Shown here piece after piece: positions 1 to 14,227 of a stretch of DNA of 64,000 nt. The notes beneath the pieces were generated by a model, which saw only the letters and a list, made by a program, of their open reading frames with translations, did not search any database and had not been told where the DNA came from. Position 1 is the stretch's first letter, and every line of letters begins with the position of its first letter. The DNA comes from Convolutriloba macropyga (Eukaryota): the NCBI RefSeq assembly GCF_964194025.1, contig NC_134479.1, forward strand, positions 12,896,001 to 12,960,000. Direction: 5' to 3'. The translations under genes were made by a program, and so were the position numbers.

Positions 1-3000
1 AGTGTTTCCTCACTTATGGCCTCGTCAAAAACATCTAATCAACGTAAACATGATTACGTTATTTCCTAAATGAAGCGCGAGGAGATCGAAAAACGGAACG
101 AAGCAGCCATTTGCCTTGCTGAACAGAAAAAGCAAATAGAGCTAGATGAACTGGAGGAAAAAAACAGAAAACTGTTGGCAGAGGCAACTCTGCAAGAGTT
201 TTAATTGCTGGACGCCGTTTCTAAAGGTAGTCATTCTGAGACAACTGCAAGTGCTAGGAGCTCAATGAGAATTGAAAAGGTTGTCCATGACTGGATTAAC
301 ACCTCACTTGCGTCACTTTTTAACAAAGATGATAAAACTGGTGAACCAGAGATTATGATTGACCCTCCAGAATGTCCTAGCCACAGCAACGGTGAAACAG
401 TGGAAGATCAGAACACTTAAATTTCAACGCATTCTATTCCAAAAAATTGTCGAGGCAATTACATTTTAAGCAATGACACCTTGCAGCAACTCGATCCTTA
501 TTACACTCCACCTGAAAATTTTTTGGCTGCTGCTTTCACGCAGGCGTTATACTAGGCGCAAACACGAGCGCAAATGAATCAAACAGGCCATCGAGGTATG
601 GCTCTTCCAAGCATAACTAACCAAGGAACTGCAGATAATCACCCGCCTCCTGTACACGCCACAGGGGCTTCATCACCACCCGGTCAAGAGCCCGTTCAAC
701 CGCAGCCGTTCGCACCGCAAGTAAATCAAATTAAGTCGTCCGAGTTTTTTCAACACGCACAACTTTAAATCTCACAATCCGGAGGACCTGAAACACCAAG
801 TCTGCCTGAGAACAATTCGACGCAGCGTATATGCTCCCGACATCAGATTCATTTTGTTTCCCGAGCCCCAAACGCCACTCTTCCTCCTTTTCCGACAACA
901 AACAATCCAGTCCCTGCAATAAATGTTCCCTTGCATCCAAGCACCCCGCCAAGTCCGAGAACTCAACACCACAGTTTGTTATCCAATAATCCTAATGACC
1001 TTCTCATCCCATATCCAGTATTTGCACCTAACCTCACTGTTCCCATTCCACACGCCCCTTTGATTAATCAGCCTCTCGTTAACAATACTTTTCGGAAGAA
1101 TAGTAACCGAGTACACAAAAGTCAAACGTTCTGTTGCTGCTCATGTCCCAAATATGCCCAATATCCCTTGGGCAAACACTTTGTGCCAAATATGAGTCAT
1201 TGGCATTTTCCACAGCACAGACCGTCAATAGTCAACCAAGACACTTTTACCGTGAACAGTGAGCCTCCAAATGTACAGGCACATATTGCACCCTCAAACA
1301 CTAACTTTTCAATACAAATATATCAGAGTTCACCTTTTGTTTGAAATTAAATCACCACAAGACCCAGAGCAGGAAAACCCGATCACAACTGCTAGTAAGG
1401 TTGTACCTGGTACAGCCACTCCGGTTTTTCAGTCATCACATCCATCATAAAGTTGGCCCACACCGTTGAGTTTGAGTGGTCCACAGTTGTCTGCACCCAC
1501 CTCTTCAATAGCACACAATGCGTCATTGATTAGGGATTTGGCTGAAGCAATAACACGTACGAAAACCGACCCTTTGCCTATGTGGAAACTTGCACAGTTT
1601 AATGGCAACCCATTACAGTGGCATAAGCGGTATAATCAACTCCAAAGCGCAATTGACTCGCAGTCGCTCACCGATGACGTTAAATTGACCCACCTTAAAC
1701 CACTCGTCACCGGTGAAGCAAAGATTGCAATAGCCGAGTTTGCTTACTGTGGTTTAATGTACAAGGGTGCATTAAGGACTTGACTTAAGGATGTAACTTT
1801 GGCCTGCCACAGGCAGTCGTAAGTGCACACTTGGATAAACTAAGCAATTTTCCGCCCCTTAAAATGCACAATAGTTATAACATCATTAACTAGTCTGCAG
1901 CCATATCCAGCCTCGTTGGGGTTTTCAAGTGACTATCATATGATGTTGACTTGAAAAGCGCTTCCCTACTTAACCAAGCGGTACAGAATTTACCATCAAA
2001 CATGAAATAGTCGTGGCAGCTCTTTACGGTTAAGAAACACTGGGTTAAGCCTGCCCTCCTTGACTTTAACGATTGGCTCAAAGAAACGGCTGAGGCCCAA
2101 GATCATACGAAACAAAGCGCAACCAAGGCAAAACCTGAAGAGAACAGCACTTCAGTAACTAAGATCAAAACATTCTCAAAAGTGTTTGCGTCAAAATCAC
2201 AACAAAGGGAAACAAAGAAGCAAATGCCATCTTCTTCCACAAACGAATACTCTCGCTGCATTAGATGCCAATGTAACCAGCGGCTATGGGTGTGTCGAGT
2301 TTTCAAGGACTCAGAGAGCTAAGTTGGTGGCGAATAACAAGTTTGCTTTTCAAGCTTACAGGACAAGCACACATTCCGACAGTGCCCTCAACCGAGAAAG
2401 TGCCGAGAAGGGGGGCAATAGTTCGCATAACACACTATTGCATGAGGCAGATAGGCTTTTCCCAACAAAGCAACCAACAAATCCCAACACTATTCAAGTC
2501 AGAGTAAGGCAATAACTAGTCAACAGCCGTCTAATACAGCTACAACGATGTCATCTGTTACTGATAATAAGGGGCTCCTTCAGGTGACCGAATTGCAGTT
2601 GTTTAATTCGTGAGACTTAGACATCAAGGCTTTAGTCTTGCGTGATACCGGCTGCAGTAACTCTTGGGTGGCCGGTAGTCTCACAAATACCCTCAGTTCG
2701 CACGGTAAAGCACTAAAGTTAACTGTCAAGGGTATTAATACCGAAGAAGTAGTTGATAATAGGGTTGTTGAAGTTACTGTGAAATCAAGAGAATATCAGT
2801 ATTTCGAATCATTTACCCCCAAACCTTTCGTTAAAAGCAGTCTGAACGTGAGTTCAGATATAATTAATAATGTACAGGCTTTGCAGTAGACTAACTTGCA
2901 CTTAGCCGTCCTTGATCCCGTGACATATTCCTATCAAAAAAATTGAGATGATACTCGGACAATGTCTATCATGCCATCCGCTAGTTGGAATACTTCTCTG

Positions 3001-6000
3001 CCGATGATAAGCGTTCACCCGTCGCCGTTGGCTTACCCATAGGTTGGGTCTCAAGCGGTCCGTCACCATCAAGTTCGTTTTTAACCTCAACGTGCTTTAA
3101 AGTGAATATCGAAAATGACAATGAGTTAGCAAGTCAAGTAAAGTCATGGTACGACATTGAATAAGTTGGGCCAAGCACGCAGGTCGACCCAAAATCTGCA
3201 GCAGACGCAAGGACTCACGAAATCGAGAGTACCACCATAGACGATGACCTGAGATACGATGTCTGAATGCTGTGGGCGGCAGACAACATCAAGCTGCCAA
3301 ACAATTACTTCTCCTGCCTTGTGCAACTAAAATCACTCCAACAACGATTGGTCAGGGATGAAGACCTTAGCGAGAAGTATACTAGTACCATCAAAAAAGA
3401 TCTAAATAAGGGGTATTTATTGAGGTTCCCAACGCTCACAAAGTTGAAAACGGGTCCGATAAAGAGTGGTTCCTACCCTACCATCCGGTTTTAAACCCGA
3501 ACAAACTATGTAAGGTGGGTAGGGTGCTCAATGGAGCAGCGAAATTTCAGTATTCCTCGCTGAATAAATCCTTGCTCACTGGTCCTGATCTGCTGCAAAA
3601 CCTTATTTATGTACTTCTCCGCTTACGACAGCAGCCACATGCTGTGTCTGCCGACATTGAGGGAATTACCATCAAGTTGGGGTATTACCGTCAGACCAAC
3701 CGTCGCTTCGCTTCTTGTGGCGGAAGGCCCCAACAACTAACGTTGAATTATATCAATATATGCGCCAGTCTAATGACCCGCTCACCTGCGCCAACTATGC
3801 ATTACAACGCACTGCGAGAGACAATGCAAAGTTTTACCCCGAAGCTGCAAAAGCCGTCCTTGAAAACCTTTTACTTGGACGATTACCTTCCTTGACTCAG
3901 TGTAGACTCCTGAGAAAACTATCAAAAGATCGAAGGAACTGGTACATCTTCTCCATCTCGGTGGGCTCAAACTTACAAAGTTTGTAAGCAATGTGGCAAA
4001 TCTGGCTGATCGAAGTGATGGTTCTCCTCAACCTACCGAGCCCAAGGTTATTGTTTCATGTCAGTAGGGTTCATCGCATGTGCTCGTGCTAACGTGGGAC
4101 CACACTAATGACACGTTAGTTGTGAGCAGGGGTACAAGCTGCGCTATCACCAAGTCACTCACGCTGCGCATAGTCCCAAGTCTAGTCTCGAAACACTTTG
4201 ACCCCATTGGTTCTGTCGCACCGTTTACCGTCGTTGCATGATTGCTCTTAAAGGAAATCTGGCGTGTCACAAGTCAACACTGGGATGAAATGCTCCCACA
4301 GGACAGGATTCAAAGACTTTTGGTATGGAGTGCGGACTTACCGAAGCTTGAAAATATCTAAATTCCCCAAAGTTATTTTACTGGAGCCTTTGATAATATA
4401 GAGTTGCATATGTTCGGTGACAGTTACCGGGATTTTTTCAGTGCCGTTGCCTTCTTGCGAACTCGAGTAACATATTCGAGGGGCAAGATAAAGACAGAGG
4501 TAAAAAGCATTTGTTTTGGGGAAAGCGCGCGTGGCGCCAATGAAAGTAATGACTGTCCCAAAGCTGGATTTGCAAGCAGCTCTAATTGCTGGTCGGCTGA
4601 AGAACGAATTTATTTAGGCACTTACGGTTATTGTTAACCAAGTAATCATGTGGACGGAGAGCACGATCGTTCATCAAGGGATAAAATCTAATGAAAAGCA
4701 ACCAATTTTTGTTGCAAACCGCGTTTGCGAAATTTTGAAGTTTACCAGCGTTGAACAATGGAACCACGTCGCAACTAAGGATAATCCTGCTGACTTTGGC
4801 ACGCGTAGAATCACCGCCGAAGTTTTGCACCTAAGCAGTTGGGTCAAAGGTCCAGGTTTCTTATCTATTTCAAGCTTCACTTTCGTACCGAACAAAGACG
4901 TCATTAAAAACATCAAACTTGGCGTCAACCAAGCGGTCAATATAGAAGACACTGTATCTCTGGCTACAACTGTCGAAACAGACAACCCCCATTCCCTCAA
5001 TATTTCCGTTTGATAGGTTTAGTTCTTATCAAAAGTACTTGCGCATTGCGACATACGTTCTCCAATTTTTGCCAAAACATGCCGGCTACCGTAACATCGA
5101 TGGTGATGGTAGCATTACTGACCCTACTGAGCTTGACAAAGCCGAGCATCATCTCCAATACTTTGTGCAAGGAGAGTCTTTTGAAACCGAAAGGAAAGAT
5201 CTTCTTGACAAAAAATCTGTTAAACGGAGCAGCCGAATCGCTCCTTATTCCCCGTTCCTTATTCCAAATGGGCTAATCCCTTCCTCGGCCGCATCAAACG
5301 GTTAATGGAATTTGGGTTTAACGTAAAGTACCCAATCATCTTAGATGCGCTTCATCCGTTTGTAAAACTGTTCCTTGTACACGCCCACGTAAAGCATTGT
5401 CGTCAAGGTGTTGAATACCTAAGATCATTTGTGCCGGAACACTAAACAGTACTGAAATTAAGATCATCTTTGTGTTCTATCAAAGCAGACTGCCTGAGAT
5501 TCCGAGAATTACAAGCCGTAACTATGCAACCAATCATGTCTGACTTACTTAGTCTCCTCAAGTCTCCTCCCTTCACGAACAAGTCCGTCGTTCTATGTTA
5601 CTGTCCGTCGTACTACTGAAAAAAAGTGGGGTTTCCTCTTCACCTGTCTCACTACTGGCGCGGTTCATGTTGAGATAGTTCCATCCATGGACACCAGTTT
5701 TTGTGCTATGGGAGTTGAGTTGTTTGTGTCACGTAGGGGCACACCTGCCATGATTTGGTCGGACAATGGCACTAATTTTATTAGAGCGGAGAAAAAACTC
5801 CGAGAAAGGGTAGAAAAGTGGATCATTGTCAATAATGCAGCTGAGCTCGCTCACGAAAGTATGAGGTGGATGGTCAAACCACCCAACGCAAAAAGCCAGG
5901 GTGGTATCTGGGAGAGGTTGGTACGCAGCTTCATGCGCAAGTTCTTTACTATTCTTGGCACGCATCGCCTCGCGGATGAGGTGCTGCAAACTATCTTTTG

Positions 6001-6464
6001 TTCTGTTGAGCATGCACTCAATTTGTGTCCTTTAAAACCCGTAAGCGCTTATCCGTGCAATTTGAACACTCTAACGTTCAACCACTTTCTCTTAGGAGAA
6101 TACTCTACCGGTATTCCGTCTCTTGTCGGCAGCAATTTATTTGACCATCGTGAACGTTACGCCCGTGCGCAGTCGTGCGCTAATGCGATCTGGTCTCGTT
6201 GGTTCAGAGAGTACGTACCGACACTGAACCAACGCTCTAAATGGCAGACGCCTGCCGATCAACACATTAAGACCAGTGGCTTAGTTTGGATAGTTAAGGA
6301 AATCAACCCTGGGGGTTATTATTCTACCGCTCGGATCGTGGAACTCCGTTACGGCTCCGATATCGTCTCTCGCGCGCCGTTATACGTACGTCGACCGGTC
6401 CACTTGTCCGCCTGCTCGTAAAACTTGTACCAGTTTTCCCAACATCTTCCTCTGGACTGGAGGA
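1..6464 (+). mobile_element. Degenerate BEL/Pao LTR retrotransposon, internal gag-pol region (continues beyond the left edge; many stops and frameshifts)
   Basis: Fragmented ORFs occur in BEL order. Gag DUF1759-like WKLAQFNGNPLQW (~1580) and HNTLLH (~2425). Protease DTGCS (~2644). RT SLLTGPDLLQNL..ADIEG (3515-3660) and FYLDDYL (~3870). RNase H-like HMFGDS and ATKDNPAD (4400-4800). Integrase WSDNGTNF..GGIWERLV (5755-5925). DUF5641-like WFREYVPTLNQRSKW. Confidence 0.95.
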
Positions 6465-6764
6465 TGTTACATAAGAAATGATTTTTAGTCAATCAAAATG
6501 GAGTATTTAAATGCGTACAGAAACCGTTCTAAATTAATAAAGTACCTTCTAATATACGTAGAAAGATCCAAAAAAGTTCGTTTAACATAGTTTTAAGTAA
6601 ATATAACCACGATATGTATCGATTAAGCTGGTTTTCGGCTTAATATTTTTAAGTTTTCTGGACAATTGTTGGCTGAATACGAACCGATCTGACTTCAATG
6701 ACATCAGACAAAAAACATGTTAAATGAACATCAAAAAAATCTTACCGTCTAAGTTTCACTTGTT
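6465..6764 (+). mobile_element. Truncated 3' LTR of the BEL/Pao element
   Basis: Purine-rich GGAGGA followed by TGTTAC at 6465, directly after pol. 6490-6764 aligns by eye with the reverse complement of ~21113-21345 (e.g. ccgtctaagtttcacttgtt). The similarity stops at ~6764. Confidence 0.7.
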
Positions 6765-7898
6765 GCTCTGAACTTGATAATGCTTATACGTTATTGGACT
6801 GTACCTTGACAGCTATACGTTGCTTTATGTTGCTTGTAATGAAGAAAAAGATTGAAATCACGAGCTTATCGGCCTATTGTTTTATTCAGAAGCTTTGTAA
6901 CTGTAAAGCGGTGGTATTAATTGTTGACGCTGGGCGTTTTAGAAATTCAAATGACGGTTTTCTAAATGCACCAGCTCTCTCAGAGGGTTGTAATTCTGTC
7001 GATACTACGTTGAGAAACTTAAGTACTGAGTCTGATAGTGGGTTAAATAAAGTGTCATAAATGAGTGAAATATAAGTATTAGTGCGAGGATCACAAATAA
7101 AAAGAATTGAGCATTTTGTTGAGCTCCGTTTAAGTTTGAAAGAAAAGCGGTCGGTGAGACCTGTGAAACTTTGTCCGGTAAAGAGAGGAGAAGCTGTTGC
7201 TCTACTGCAAAATAGTGATATATAAGCTGTTTTGCTGTGTTTAGAAGTAAGTTTAATTCGTCTTGATGATGATATTGTGCAATCTTAAATGGTAGGATTT
7301 TGTGCATAGGGCGTTAGTGCTGTTGAGTAAGAACAGCTCATTGTAATTCGTCGGAATTTGGATCCCATTTTGATGGCGTTTGGCCCGTGTGACGTCTCAT
7401 TTTGTAAGCGTTTATATTTTGGTCTTGTTATTTTGATTATTTGTTGGGGTTGTTCCCCGTTTTCTAAAATTTAAATGTAAAAAGAGTATAAAGTTGTATA
7501 AACTAGTTCTAAGTTTTTTCTCAAGAGAGAATAGTGTGTTTTGTGTAAGTTCGTTTTACGGTTAGAGTTTGTTAACTCACTGGTCGCACCAGTTAAGGCA
7601 GGCCCAATGTGGGCTCCTTTTACAGCCTTAAAGTATAAAGAGCTAGGGCTACTTATTTCTGCACGCGAAGTAGGCTTACCTATATCTCTCAGACTGACCG
7701 ACTCTGTAAAACACTGAAGGTATACTTCAATTTTAACGATTTATAAAAGAGTTAACACCGAAGTCAGAGGTATACACATTGTACAACTACTCTATTAGAC
7801 TGAATACAGTTAGTGGAGTTAGTGCTATATAAAAGAGAATAGTGTCTTCGCAGTCTGTGATTGGTTGGAGGAGTACATCGAGTATTTTTACTGCTACA
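6765..7898 (-). mobile_element. 5' fragment of a different LTR retroelement (LTR, PBS, start of a degenerate ORF) abutting the BEL LTR
   Basis: On the minus strand: a TGTAGCAG start at 7898, CCAAT and TATATA motifs, and after ~305 bp TGGTGCGACCAGTGAG (PBS-like, 7591-7576). This is followed by an A/C-rich leader and an interrupted ORF (7307-6770). Confidence 0.5.
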
Positions 7899-7998
7899 AT
7901 TCAGTTCATTTCTTTGCTATAAAATTGGCACGGAAACCTGTACCCGAGTAAACACCTTTATTGTTCCTTGAAATGTCCTAACTCTAACTTTTTTCCAG

Positions 7999-8418
7999 GG
8001 CCCGCTGAGGACAACGCTTTACTCGGTACTTATGTTGAAAACGAGCAATGGGAACTAATTCGTCCTGTGAAAATATCGGATCGCTCCGATTTCTGCGCCT
8101 TGAAAATATCTAACAGTTCTTTTTACGATAGCTCAACTGTCGTAACAATCCAACTAAGAAGGCGTCCTCTCTTTTACACCTTCATTTTAGTAATTCCGAA
8201 TGTTCTTCTTTATTTACTATCGACCTTAGTTTTCTTGTTGCCAGTCGATTCGGGCGAGAAGTTGTCGTTCATTGCGACTATTCTATTGGCTGAAACTGTC
8301 ACGGTCGGAACATTGAGTAGTATTTTACCTTCGAGTTCAATGAAAATTCCAGTTCTGCTTCAATTTGTGATTCTGATAGTGATTCATCTATCTCTTTTGT
8401 GTGCTGCGACGGCTGTGG
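7999..8418 (+). CDS. Internal exon of a Cys-loop ligand-gated cation channel (nAChR-like subunit): end of ECD, M1, M2, M3
   Basis: ttttccAG acceptor (7997-98) and GTAAGT donor (8419), phase 1 at both ends. Translation: YVENEQWEL...IQLRRRPLFYTFILVIPNVLLYLLSTLVFLLPVDSGEKLSF...ILPSSS..IP. These are the canonical RRPLFY, LP.DSGEK and M2-M3 loop motifs. Confidence 0.95.
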
Positions 8419-11368
8419 GTAAGTAAAATCCGTACATTTTCTCTTCCATCAAAAATTTTCTTATCAAAAAAGTTGGCACAAAAAAGTATCCTGGTAATGT
8501 GGGTTAGCACATGATGTTTCGACCATTCTCTTCTGCAAATTTCTCTCAGTTTTCTAGCGAAAAGCAACGAACACAATAAATGGTTCGATACGAAGAATTG
8601 GAAATCTTTGGCACAAAAATGCTCTTCGCAAAGTTGAAACGGTCGCGTTCAACTCGGTTGCGCTTAATTAAAATTTATTGTAGTGTGAAATAATAAATTG
8701 CATAAAATTTGTACAGCAATTGACAAAGATCAACAAATTGTGAAAAAGTAATTTCACCTTTTTTTGTTTTTGATCGGGCAGGGTAAATTTTCTCTGAGTT
8801 TACAACATAAACTTCAGAGTTATGGTATGGTTAATTTATCCGGACTATTTTCACACTGATTCAAGATACATTTAACAGAGGAGGTTAACCTTGGAAAATG
8901 ATGTGGAGAACAAAAATATGACAAATTTATATAATAATATAAAGACAATTGGCAAAATCTAATTTCAAAAATATTCGCATTTTTGTTTCCATAGTTATCG
9001 GACTAAACGGCTGAAAACCTTTAGTTACGACCAAACGTTTGAAAACCTTTAGTTAAGATCTATTTATACCTAGGGGTCAAAAAACTTTATGACAAACATG
9101 AAAGAAAAGCGGCAACGTGTATTAATAGTTACAGCTTTTAAAAAAAATTTCGCCTCTATAGATTGGAGCACGAAAACGTCTATAAAAACAATAAAAATAT
9201 TTAACTATTTGGAAGCAGCTACAAAAAAAAATTCACGAAAATTAGTAATTCTCAAATGTGGTGTCGGTTTTGGTGTACCAAAATTGGTGTATCAAAAGTC
9301 AAATATATTTTTTAAATAGATGGCTAAATTCGAAGCAATTTTTTGTAAACGTTTGTGCCTTTTTCATGCAATATTTTCAATTGACCGTTTTTGCGTTTTA
9401 GTGTTAGAACATTTTTTGACTTCTTGAGTGACTATTTTACTATTTAGTTATTTATGTTAGTAATCTGAGTGGTCCTCGTTCTGAAATAAAGTTTGTTGCT
9501 AGAAATGATTCGTACCGAAATCAATTGAAGACATTGCGGTGTGGCTGAGTGATTAGAAATGGAAAATGGAGGTCAGTCGTCGAAACACCTATGGGAACGT
9601 TTTCTTTGCACCAATATAAAATTTTTCAACTCACATGCCCCCTAAATCAAATTTCTCGACTTGACTATTGAAAGCAATTCGCTCATGTTGGTTAGTTTAT
9701 TTTTAACGCCTTTTTTGTCGAAAAAAATAGCTTCGGCTAAAGTGCAGCAGAAAAACAATGCGGTCGATCTAAAGATCAAAAATAATTCTTCAGGAATTCT
9801 TACTTTTTTTAGGAATACAAAAGAACTGGAAATAATAGTAGAAACATAATCTAAATTAACGGAATTATCTTTGAAAATCTACTCAATCGAATGGTCATTT
9901 AACTCGTTTTGAGTGGTCTGACTGTAGTTATTGTTTTCCAAAATCAAGATACAACACATTCCTCATAAAAACTAAGCTGCCTGAACGTCGTTATTTAACA
10001 AGTGGTTAGAAGCACTTCGATGTTTCCTTTAAATTGTCGCGTTTTCGAAAGCAAAATTTCGCGGTAAAAACTTTTGCTTCGCTGGAATCACTAAAATACT
10101 TCCGTTTTGCTTCTTATGACTATTTTTCTGATCTCCAGACGCGTCTAGTGGTATACGTCTATCTTATATTAGACAATATTAGAAAGTTTTTTGAAAATAT
10201 TGTTTTTCTAGCAGATATCATGAAAATTGTTTGATTAATGACAGATGTGAAGCAGACATACAAATCAAAGCAGTATGCAATAAACTATATAAATGAACTT
10301 TGATGAAAAAGAAAATTGGAAAAACAAAAGCACGAACACGGAAAACAGATTCCGATAAGAGACCACGAAGCGGTCAAAGTTGATGGAACCTAATTAAACT
10401 CTTTCTATTTAAAAACTGACATCTTGGCGATGAAAATCATGCCCTCATAACTGCTGATTCAATTAAATGATTTGTGGCAGTAAAACCGAATTTTTCAATA
10501 GGTGTGACAGATAAACTGGCCGCAATTTCTGCAGAAGTTGGCGAATAAGAATATAAAATTCAGCCAAAATTTATCTAAAAATTAGCTGTTTCGAAAATAC
10601 CAACGTTTCTTAGAAAACAAGAAGCCCCAGGAGCGTAAAACTAAGACAAATTTTCCACGATGGCTTTTCTTTTGAACACAAGATCTCCACCAAAACGTGG
10701 TAACAAATACTGTTGAAGAAACTAAAGGAAGTCAAGTAAAACAAACTGAAGCAAAAGATGTTAATCCTACTATTTTTCAAACTCTAAGTTTTTTTTCAAA
10801 TAAAAGAAAGGTTTCTAGTTGTCCCACTGAACTGTTCAAATTTGAAATCTTTAAGATGGAAAAAAAGTACAACAAAAGATGAATCAAATTTGCAAAATGT
10901 CCCAAAACGGTCCAAAAATAGTTGAAATTGGCCCCTAAATATTGCCAAAACTTTCACGTTTAACAACAGCTCGAAACAAATCGAGTTTTGAAAAATCCTC
11001 AAATTTAAAAACTCTACGCGTGTAAGGGCTCTCTGATGATACCACGAGCAAGTTTTATTTTTATAAGCATACCAATTGGCCAAAATTGATTGAAAAAATC
11101 AAACTGAGTTGAGCATATAATCCCCCCATTAAGTAGAGTTCAAACAACTAAGCACTAAATTTCAGCACTCATTAAAATTTCGCAAATTTGCAAAAGCATT
11201 ATTGAATAACTGAGCACAGTAAATATAGATCGACAACGGAAACATGACTATGTGAGAAAAATTTTTGCAGCAAGGGCCTGACAAGGCAAGGCAGGCGTAT
11301 GATTTCACGGACCTCGAATCGAATACAGAGACAGGCAACTATTTTTTTACATAAAAAGGTAGATTTTA

Positions 11369-11911
11369 CCCGGGCCGAGTATTTGGCCAAAATTATGTAA
11401 GATAAGCAGTAACTAACATTGACAGGGCAGAAAAATCACCATTGAATTCAACGCATTCAACGCAAAATTATGCGAGAAATTAGCGCCGATTTTTTCAATT
11501 TGTCAACGCTAGTTACCGCTTATATTAAATAATTTTTGCGTTTCTAAGCGTATATCTTACAAAAGTTTGAACTGATTCAGCGTAGAACTAATATAAGTTT
11601 GCGTGGAATTTATCGTTGATCTTACAAAAACTCAACGCCTAGACCTATGCGTATGAGACTTGAACCACTGCCCCCTGCCTGCTTGTCACCTCTTCTACCA
11701 TTGTGCCTCAGTACTTTAGTTTTCTACAAAACCGCACTCTTTATGAAAGGAAGACAATGAATGGGAGAGAGAAAAGAAGAATAGAGAGATCGAAATGAGG
11801 ATAAGAGAACAATGGCTGGATGAGCGAGAAAGTATTTGAACAGTGAGGGGAAGCAACCGATAGAGCGAAAGAAAAAGAGGAGAGAAGAGGTTACGAGAGA
11901 GAGAGAGAGAG

Positions 11912-11953
<42 letters not shown>

Positions 11954-14205
11954 AACTAAAGAAAAATTATATTAGAAGGAGAGATAGCAATGGAGAAAAA
12001 ATTAGGTCGAAACTATGAAAAAACACAACGAAAAAAAAGACAGAGCAAAGAGATGAAAAAAGAGAAAAGATGAAAGAACAATGATTGCACGCTAGAGTGA
12101 CAAAAGATGAGAGAGCTATGGGTCAGTGAGAGGGATGAAGAGTGTTTGANNNNNNNNNNNNNNNNNNNNNNNNNNNNNNNNNNNNNNNNNNNNNNNNNNN
12201 NNNNNNNNNNNNNNNNNNNNNNNNNNNNNNNNNNNNNNNNNNNNNNNNNNNNNNNNNNNNNNNNNNNNNNNNNNNNNNNNNNNNNNNNNNNNNNNNNNNN
12301 NNNNNNNNNNNNNNNNNNNNNNNNNNNNNNNNNNNNNNNNNNNNNNNNNNNNNNNNNNNNGAGAGAAAAGAACAAAAGAAAAAACTATATTGGAAGGAGA
12401 GAAAAAATTAGGTCGAAACTATGAAAATAGAAAAAGAAGAGAGAGAGAGAGAGAGCAAAGAGATTAAAATAGAGAAAAGATGAGAGAACAATGAGTCAGC
12501 GAGAGGGAGGAAGAGTGTTTGAGAGTGTGTGTGTGANNNNNNNNNNNNNNNNNNNNNNNNNNNNNNNNNNNNNNNNNNNNNNNNNNNNNNNNNNNNNNNN
12601 NNNNNNNNNNNNNNNNNNNNNNNNNNNNNNNNNNNNNNNNNNNNNNNNNNNNNNNNNNNNNNNNNNNNNNNNNNNNNNTGTGCGTGTGAGATAGAGATAG
12701 CAGGAACGAAAGAGAGAAAACTATAGAGAGGGAAGGATTAGAGGGATCGAGAAAAAATGAGAGAAACGAAGGAATGATAGAGAAAAGTTGAGCATAAAAA
12801 AGATGAAAAAACACAGACACACTTACACAGAGAAAGAGCGAAATAGAGAAAAAAGCAGAGATAGAAAGATGAAAATGGAGGATAAAGAAATCATCTGAAC
12901 AAGAGAAAGGAAGAACGAGAAGGAGAGAGAATTGATTAGATCAAAATAAGGACAAGATAAACTGTTTGAAAAACGATAGAGGAAGGAGTGTGCAGCAGAG
13001 GTTGTGAGTGAGATGAGCGGAAAAAGGAGAAGAACAGGAAACACGAAATAGAGAAGAGGAAAACGGTTAAGGAAAGGTTAATATATCTCTCTCGCCACGC
13101 TCCCTCTCTGAGAGAGAGAGAGAACGACAAAAAATGAAAGAACAGAAAAAAATGAAAGAGAAAAAAAACGAAAATAACGAGATGTTCAGAAATAGAAAAA
13201 AGTTAACGAAAGAATCGAACGAAGAAGTGATCTCGATTTTTTAAAAGGAGTTTAAAAAAATCAGAGAGAAGCAGTGGGATTGGAAGATTATAAAACGCAA
13301 AAGATGAATGGGCACAAAAAATAAGGAACTTAAACGAATAGGCACTGTTACATTAATTGTTTTACACATTTTTTGAAAGCAAGCATCAGTAATCGATATT
13401 ACGAACAAACATTGGATTAAAATTTTTATCCAAAAATTTCAACAGGATTGAAAGTAACACTAAATAGAACATTGCCGAAGTTTTTCATAAAAGACCCCAC
13501 ATACACGCTTGCTCTCCCACATACAGACATACATACACACACATCACTCATATACACACATACAGACGCACTCACCCACAAACAACACAAGCTACCCAGA
13601 ACATTATTTCCTCCCCTTGGGCGAGCTGTTGGCACGACCGTACAGCCCTGAAGAAACTGTTGGCCTATTGACCCAGTTCCGATTCCCATCCAATTACAGT
13701 TCGCTTTTGTTCGTTTCAGGTCCCTGACCTCTCTAGTGTGTTTGTTTAACCATGCTGTTCAAAGCGGTTCTTAAACATGCACTTCAAGGGGCCCTTAAGC
13801 ATGCAAAAGTCTGACGCCTAAACATGCAAAAATTGGACGCTTAAACATGCATTTTTGGCCCTCGTTGAAGATGGTGCCTCATCATGTCTTTCGTTTAATA
13901 TATAGGAGGATTATGTAAGGTCTAGGCTAAACTCAACGCAAAAATACGTGAGATCTGCGCATAGTTCAACGCAAAATTACGTGAGATCTGCGCAAAATTT
14001 AACGCAAAATTATGTAAGGTCAACGCTAATTTCATCGATCTGCGCTTATAAACGCAGAATTATGTAAGAGTAGCGTTGAGAGCGTTGAACTTATCTGAGA
14101 TTTTCGCCTTAGTGAAATAATTGGAGCGCCTTTTACATAAATTCAACGTAATCACCGCCATTCTTACATATTGTTGCGTTTTTGGCGTTGACACCTCGGC
14201 CCGGA
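11369..14205. mobile_element. ~2.8 kb non-autonomous TIR element inside the channel intron, with an expanded simple-repeat interior
   Basis: TA|CCCGGGCCGAG at 11369 and CTCGGCCCGGA|TA ending at 14205. Subterminal arrays of tcaacgca/aaattatgtaag. Its ends match the opposite ends of the 15097-15911 element. Confidence 0.7.
11740..13260. repeat. GA-rich low-complexity/(GA)n,(GT)n microsatellite tract with two assembly gaps (N 12150-12360, 12537-12678)
   Basis: Direct reading. The unit ...aaaaattaggtcgaaactatgaaaa occurs on both sides of the first gap. Confidence 0.95.
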
Positions 14206-14227
14206 TAGCTTTAATCTGTCTTTTCAG

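Noticed and set aside
11836-13130. ORFs across the GA-rich tract and N gaps
   Set aside because: Artefacts of low complexity and Ns.
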